DNA of 64,000 bases from Turneriella sp. GTDB lineage: Bacteria; Spirochaetota; Leptospiria; Turneriellales; Turneriellaceae. The position numbers and the translations under genes are program-made. How positions within the stretch are numbered: position 1 is the stretch's first letter; every line of letters begins with the position of its first letter. The notes under the pieces were generated by a model, which was not told the DNA's origin, made no database searches, and worked only from the letters and a program-made list of their open reading frames with translations. Positions 59,444 through 64,000 of the stretch are shown here, in pieces. The stretch is taken from positions 2,368,001-2,432,000 of the forward strand of contig CBDIID010000003.1 of NCBI GenBank assembly GCA_965279515.1, given 5' to 3'.

Positions 59444-62013
59444 GTCCACGCCCCGGCATAAAACGCAATCCGCTTACGCTGCCAGAGCGCAAGCAAAGCC
59501 AGAACTGCCAGCAACGCACCCAATGCCATATAGACCTGTTTGCGGAACTCTTTGCGCACGTCGGGCACGTCGACCGTGCGCGAGTCATAGGCAAACTGGC
59601 GCCGCTCAGGTCCCTTGAAGAGTGTCTTGGCGTTCAGGAAATATTGCCCGGGTTTTTGCAGGTAGATGAATTCGACCTTACCCGAAAAATTGATCTCGCC
59701 CTGGGGTACGCGCTCGGCATCGGCGATCTCCCAGACATAACCCTTCACTTTCACCTTCGCGGCATCGAGGCAGGGTTTTGCAAATGCCGGGTTACGTATC
59801 GCACCGCAAATAGCCGCAACATCGTAGTTCAGGCGGATTTCGAGAATACCGCGGTCAAAGGTCGAACTGATGAGATCGGCCCTGCCCCCGACCTGCATCG
59901 CATCGCGCTCTTTCTGGGGGATAACCTTCTCATACTCGACGTCGGTGAAGGCGAACTTCTTTTTCGCGCGCGGGTCGTTCGAATCAAAATAGAAATGCCG
60001 GGGCGCCGCGCGCGTGCCGTCAGCATAGACGATGCCCAGCGAAATCACGCTGATGCCGCGTTCGAGTTTACCGATACGCGCAACGTAGATATTTTCCAGG
60101 GCCTCGGTCGCAGCTTTCTTGCCGGCAAACGGATCCTTGATATCGAAACCAAACTGGTAATAGACTTCTTTGATGCCCCTCAGCCCGTTATCCTGGATAG
60201 TGAAGGCGATGTCAGGGCGCGTGATGACGTCAGCCTCGGCGTTATGGCGGATTGTCAGGTCGTTGCGCTCATTTTGGCCGATCTCGATTTTATAAAACGC
60301 GCGCTCCGAGACGTTGCCGCCGAGATCGACCGCCTCGACCGCAAAGACATAGGTGCCGAACGGCACATTGTTAAAGGCCAGCTCTCCCTTTTCTGTCGTA
60401 TCGGTAAAGACGCGCGGCAGCTTCTGCCCCATCGCAAAACGGTAAAACTGAATGCCGCTGTCGTCGGATGAATTGAATTTCACGATCACGTTCTGCCGCG
60501 CGTCGGGAATCCCATTTTCGTGTGTAGGGCTCGTGATAATCGGCCGGCTCGGCGCCACAGCATCGACGACAAAGGGATAGTGAGCGATCGGCGACACATT
60601 ACCCGCCCTGTCGCGGTACTTCATGTGCATATAATACGCACCGCCGTTCAGACCCGGTATCGTGATCTGCGTCGCTTTTGCGTTGAGATTGAAAAGATCG
60701 GGATCGGTGTCAGCAATGTCATCAATCACCCAGGCATAACTTTCGACGCCCGAGACATCTTCAATCTTCGGCCAGTCGAAAATCGCATCGCTCGATTTAG
60801 AGATCATGCCCATCGCATGTGTTTTGGAAGTAATCTTCACCGCCTCAGCAGTCGTATCAGCCTCGCGCATGCAGAGCCCTGGTCCGCAGCCGTACATGAG
60901 ATACGGGCGTGAGCCCCAGCGCACAAATTCAATCGGCCGCGCGGCGATGCCGTCCTTGGTTACGCGGTGGTCAGCGCCGACAAAGGTGTTATCAGGGCGG
61001 TCGAGAAATTTCGCATAAATCTGCGGGCTGCCTGAACGGGTATCCTGCCAGGCGGCGACCACAGTATCTGAACCCGCGACAATCGCCGGCAGGTAACTCG
61101 GCGAGGTATTCTCGCTCACCTGCAGGGGCTGCGTGTCTTCGGGCGCAGCAAAGATCGTCCAGATTTTATTGGGGTTGGATTGCCACACGAACACGAGCTT
61201 TTCTTTCGTATTGGTAATCTTTCCCGAAAAGTTCTGCAGGCCGTTCTGCGTGACGCGCAGATTTCCCGACCAGGTACCGCCGCGGTCTACGCTGAACGCA
61301 CGGAAGATATCATCGATCAGAGTGGCCTCGGCGCGGTTCTGGTAGAGAATGTCGAGACGGTTGCCGCGGCGCAGCACCGAGGGAAAAAGCGCCCCCCGCG
61401 TGCCCCCGGAGATTTCCGCAACGGAAGACATCCCACTAAAAACCCCGCGAGCACCGAGCGCAGCCGTCAGGTGAAAACGGTTTGCGGCTGAAGGTTCCTG
61501 GTAGAGAATAATATGCTGGCCTGTGCCCGTCATCTTCGCGAGCGGCAGAATCGCGTTGAGCTTGCCTGCGGTCGCAGGCAGCACGCGCTTTTCGCCAAAG
61601 CCGGTGGGCCCTGAAGCACTGTAGGCATAATAGACGCCCGAAGCATTGCCCTGCGGCGATGTCTCTTGCCAGGAAACCAGGATCTCATCGCCGAGCGCCG
61701 ACACCGAGGGATGCAGCGGAAAGAGTTCTGCCGACGGCGCAAGATTCACTTCGCTGACCACGCGACGCACGAACTTGCCGCCTTCGGTATAGGTCAGCGC
61801 AATCTCAACGACGGTCGGTTGATCTTTTTCGAATGGCGCCTTTAGGGCCGAGCTCGCGGCATAGAGACGGCCCTCGCCTTCGTGGCAGCAGACACCGAAT
61901 TCTTCGAGTTTACGCTCGACGAGAATCGGATCGCCCCAGCCGACTGGTTCGGCAAAAAAAGAACGCGGAGTAAGTGACAATAAAAAAAGCGCAACGAGCC
62001 GGCGCAGCTTCAC
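59440..62013 (-). CDS. Exported protein with Asp-box/propeller-like region, Ig-like repeats and a C-terminal membrane anchor
   Basis: Signal peptide; SVDRGGTWS Asp-box; AWQDTRSG; D.SG...Y and D..GNVS repeats; C-terminal TM then QRKR. Confidence 0.82.
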   Translation of the reverse strand: MKLRRLVALFLLSLTPRSFFAEPVGWGDPILVERKLEEFGVCCHEGEGRLYAASSALKAPFEKDQPTVVEIALTYTEGGKFVRRVVSEVNLAPSAELFPLHPSVSALGDEILVSWQETSPQGNASGVYYAYSASGPTGFGEKRVLPATAGKLNAILPLAKMTGTGQHIILYQEPSAANRFHLTAALGARGVFSGMSSVAEISGGTRGALFPSVLRRGNRLDILYQNRAEATLIDDIFRAFSVDRGGTWSGNLRVTQNGLQNFSGKITNTKEKLVFVWQSNPNKIWTIFAAPEDTQPLQVSENTSPSYLPAIVAGSDTVVAAWQDTRSGSPQIYAKFLDRPDNTFVGADHRVTKDGIAARPIEFVRWGSRPYLMYGCGPGLCMREADTTAEAVKITSKTHAMGMISKSSDAIFDWPKIEDVSGVESYAWVIDDIADTDPDLFNLNAKATQITIPGLNGGAYYMHMKYRDRAGNVSPIAHYPFVVDAVAPSRPIITSPTHENGIPDARQNVIVKFNSSDDSGIQFYRFAMGQKLPRVFTDTTEKGELAFNNVPFGTYVFAVEAVDLGGNVSERAFYKIEIGQNERNDLTIRHNAEADVITRPDIAFTIQDNGLRGIKEVYYQFGFDIKDPFAGKKAATEALENIYVARIGKLERGISVISLGIVYADGTRAAPRHFYFDSNDPRAKKKFAFTDVEYEKVIPQKERDAMQVGGRADLISSTFDRGILEIRLNYDVAAICGAIRNPAFAKPCLDAAKVKVKGYVWEIADAERVPQGEINFSGKVEFIYLQKPGQYFLNAKTLFKGPERRQFAYDSRTVDVPDVRKEFRKQVYMALGALLAVLALLALWQRKRIAFYAGAWT

Positions 62014-62966
62014 AGCTCGATTTCAAGACCCTCGTACGCCGCCGCGATCTGCAACGGGTGGTTGGGCGCCATCATGCTCTTGTACTTAATGGCCTGTAAG
62101 GTAAGGCTATCCATCTTGGCGTCGTCGTATGACGGGTCATGGTGGTAGAGAATCAGTTTTTTGACCTCGCTCTTAATCGCGATGTCTGTCGCAATCGCGG
62201 CAGATGAATGGCCCCAGTCAATTTTTTGCAGGCTCTCTTCAAAGGTGTATTGTGTATCGAACACGAGTACATCCGCGCCGAAGAAATAATCGATGTAGGG
62301 ACCGATGTCTTCGAGCGTCTCCAGGTTGAACTCGGCGTCAGAGCAGAAGATGAAAGTTTTGCCGTTAGGTTGTCTGAACTTATACGAATAACATCCGCCT
62401 GGGTGCCGTACGGATTTGGCCGAAATATTCAGGCCATAAACCTCGGCGCTTTCGGTTTCGGGAAAATGGTGAAAAATCTTTTTAGCGTTCAGCTCGTCGA
62501 ACGTTAAGGGAAAGTGCGTCGTCACCATCTGGTAGCGCAGGCGCTCCTCGATGTCGGGGAAGCATGAATAAAAATGAATCGTATTACCGGGAATAAAGAT
62601 CGGGATAAAAAACATCAGGCCCTGGATATGGTCCCAGTGCGAGTGTGTGAACAGGAAGGACATTTCATCCTTGCCGGTCAGCTTGCCGCGCGCCATCAGC
62701 GCGTTACCGAGAGTTCTTAAACCGGTACCGGCGTCGATGATGATCGTCTTATTCTCGCTTGTCTGGATCTCGATGCAGGTTGTGTTGCCGCCATAGGTAC
62801 CGCGCAGCGAGAGTGGCAGGTTTCCGAGAAAGTTTTCAATGGCTTCTTTGGATAACAGGTCGGCCGGGCTTGCCAGCTCCAGCACTTTGCGGATTTTTTC
62901 CTCAACCTGTTTGGCGGTAATCGCGGTCGCGAGCGAACCCCTGACCCCCCAAAAGCGGACGAACAT
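62010..62966 (-). CDS. MBL-fold metallohydrolase
   Basis: VRFWGVRGS, YGGNTTC, DAGTG, THSHWDHIQG, WGHS, HHDP. Confidence 0.93.
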   Translation of the reverse strand: MFVRFWGVRGSLATAITAKQVEEKIRKVLELASPADLLSKEAIENFLGNLPLSLRGTYGGNTTCIEIQTSENKTIIIDAGTGLRTLGNALMARGKLTGKDEMSFLFTHSHWDHIQGLMFFIPIFIPGNTIHFYSCFPDIEERLRYQMVTTHFPLTFDELNAKKIFHHFPETESAEVYGLNISAKSVRHPGGCYSYKFRQPNGKTFIFCSDAEFNLETLEDIGPYIDYFFGADVLVFDTQYTFEESLQKIDWGHSSAAIATDIAIKSEVKKLILYHHDPSYDDAKMDSLTLQAIKYKSMMAPNHPLQIAAAYEGLEIEL

Positions 62967-63061
62967 TCTCCCTAAGTCTATTCGCCGTACGCGTCTGCAA
63001 TTAATTTACTAGGCGGCCCAAAGGCGGGCATTTTTTACGGGCAAATTGCTTTAAAGTGTTT

Positions 63062-63631
63062 TTAGGCGCAAGAATGCAATAAATCCCAGATTTGCATTGG
63101 CCCACAATCCGCTTTTGAAATAATTTGCACGCTTTGAAGGTATTCCAAGCCGTTCCCATCATTGCTTCTCGTTTGGCATAGGTAGTTAATGAAAAAATCC
63201 GGATATTGACGAACCCGACGACCATACCTAGCCATCCAGTACCGAGAATTGGGTGAATTGACCGAACGCAACAGATCCTCAAGCATGCGCGGCAAATAGA
63301 CCCGGATAGCTACATCCAGCATACGCGAGATCGATTCGCCGGAATGCAACGCGCGCTGCCAAAGGGCGGCATAGAGAACTTGATTGATGTAGAGCGGATG
63401 GATCTCGTAAGCCTTACCATCGGCATTATAACGGCGCAAGCTATTGGCCTTCTTTCCATGCCCGCGCCAGTTCTTCAGGAAGTCCTTGAAAAGGCGACGA
63501 TAGATTTCCTGTTCTGAGTAGCGAATACCATTGCGGGCAAAGACCTTGCGGGCGGCGCACATACGGCGGTATGATACTCCGGGGAGTGATATCGATGTTT
63601 TCTTGTTCTTCAGCGGATGAATTTCTTTCAT
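63062..63631 (-). CDS. Hypothetical basic protein, possibly DNA-binding
   Basis: GAGG RBS before ATG 63631; RHH-like segment ALHSGESISRMLDVAIRVYL. Confidence 0.65.
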   Translation of the reverse strand: MKEIHPLKNKKTSISLPGVSYRRMCAARKVFARNGIRYSEQEIYRRLFKDFLKNWRGHGKKANSLRRYNADGKAYEIHPLYINQVLYAALWQRALHSGESISRMLDVAIRVYLPRMLEDLLRSVNSPNSRYWMARYGRRVRQYPDFFINYLCQTRSNDGNGLEYLQSVQIISKADCGPMQIWDLLHSCA

Positions 63632-63708
63632 AGAACCTCTATAATAGAAATACCCAAAAAGCCCGCATTTTTCTCGCCACTTTAAGACATTCTGCACGCT
63701 TGGCCGCC

Positions 63709-64000
63709 GTGGAAGAGCTCTTCAAACAAATCGCCATCACCTTTATCCCCATCTTTGTCGCGATGGATGCTGTGGGTATTTTGCCTATCTTCATCGGCAT
63801 GACGCGCAAGCAGAAAAAAAACGAGCGCCTGCGCATCGTGCGCCTGTCGATGCTCACGGCATTCATCCTCACTGCAATTTTTACCGTGCTCGGTAAGGCC
63901 ATCTTCCGCTTCATGGGCATCACCGTATTTGACTTCATGGTCGCAGGTGGCGTAATTCTATTTATCCTGGCGATTCTCGATGTCATGGGTGCGCGGCACA
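63709..64000 (+). CDS. MarC family membrane protein (3' truncated by window)
   Basis: GTG start; FIPIFVAMDAVGILPIF...GKAIFRFMGITVFDFMVAGGVILF. Confidence 0.9.
   Translation, partial: MEELFKQIAITFIPIFVAMDAVGILPIFIGMTRKQKKNERLRIVRLSMLTAFILTAIFTVLGKAIFRFMGITVFDFMVAGGVILFILAILDVMGARH

Noticed and set aside
59404..60471. Long antisense ORFs (also 13995-14732, 16217-17116, 23373-24287, 29731-30657, 49085-49966)
   Set aside because: They lie opposite well-supported genes, have no recognisable motifs, and are expected from GC-rich codon bias.

Overview
Mostly housekeeping chromosome from a spirochaete of the Leptospiraceae. This is inferred from the Leptospira-type flaA2-flaA1 sheath pair, a phasin-like gene and a membrane SpoIIE/TPR phosphatase; the moderately GC-rich codon usage would fit Turneriella, which I cannot confirm. 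Genes: gspC 3' end, thiD, a PQQ sugar dehydrogenase, gltA, a CheB/CheR fusion plus PAS histidine kinase, dnaE, a VapBC pair, flaA2/flaA1, S1/P1 nuclease-mnmH-selD, a frameshifted RelE/ParE module, two DUF4139-like genes, nuoJKLMN, degP, coaX, lptF, PilZ and CheY proteins, sufE, aroG-type DAHP synthase, mreB, folC and a long minus-strand operon of exported proteins. I found no rRNA, tRNA, CRISPR array, prophage, integrase or transposase. The most unusual signals: (1) a dispersed C/G-run palindromic repeat family, three copies of which are read in frame at the N-termini of signal-peptide proteins; (2) a second TA(A)GGGG...CCCCT(T)A hairpin family; (3) a multi-hairpin intergenic element at about 3800-3900; (4) a PhaR-like box upstream of the phasin-like gene; (5) a sigma28-type promoter upstream of flaA2. 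All product calls come from recognising motifs by eye; no database searches were run.
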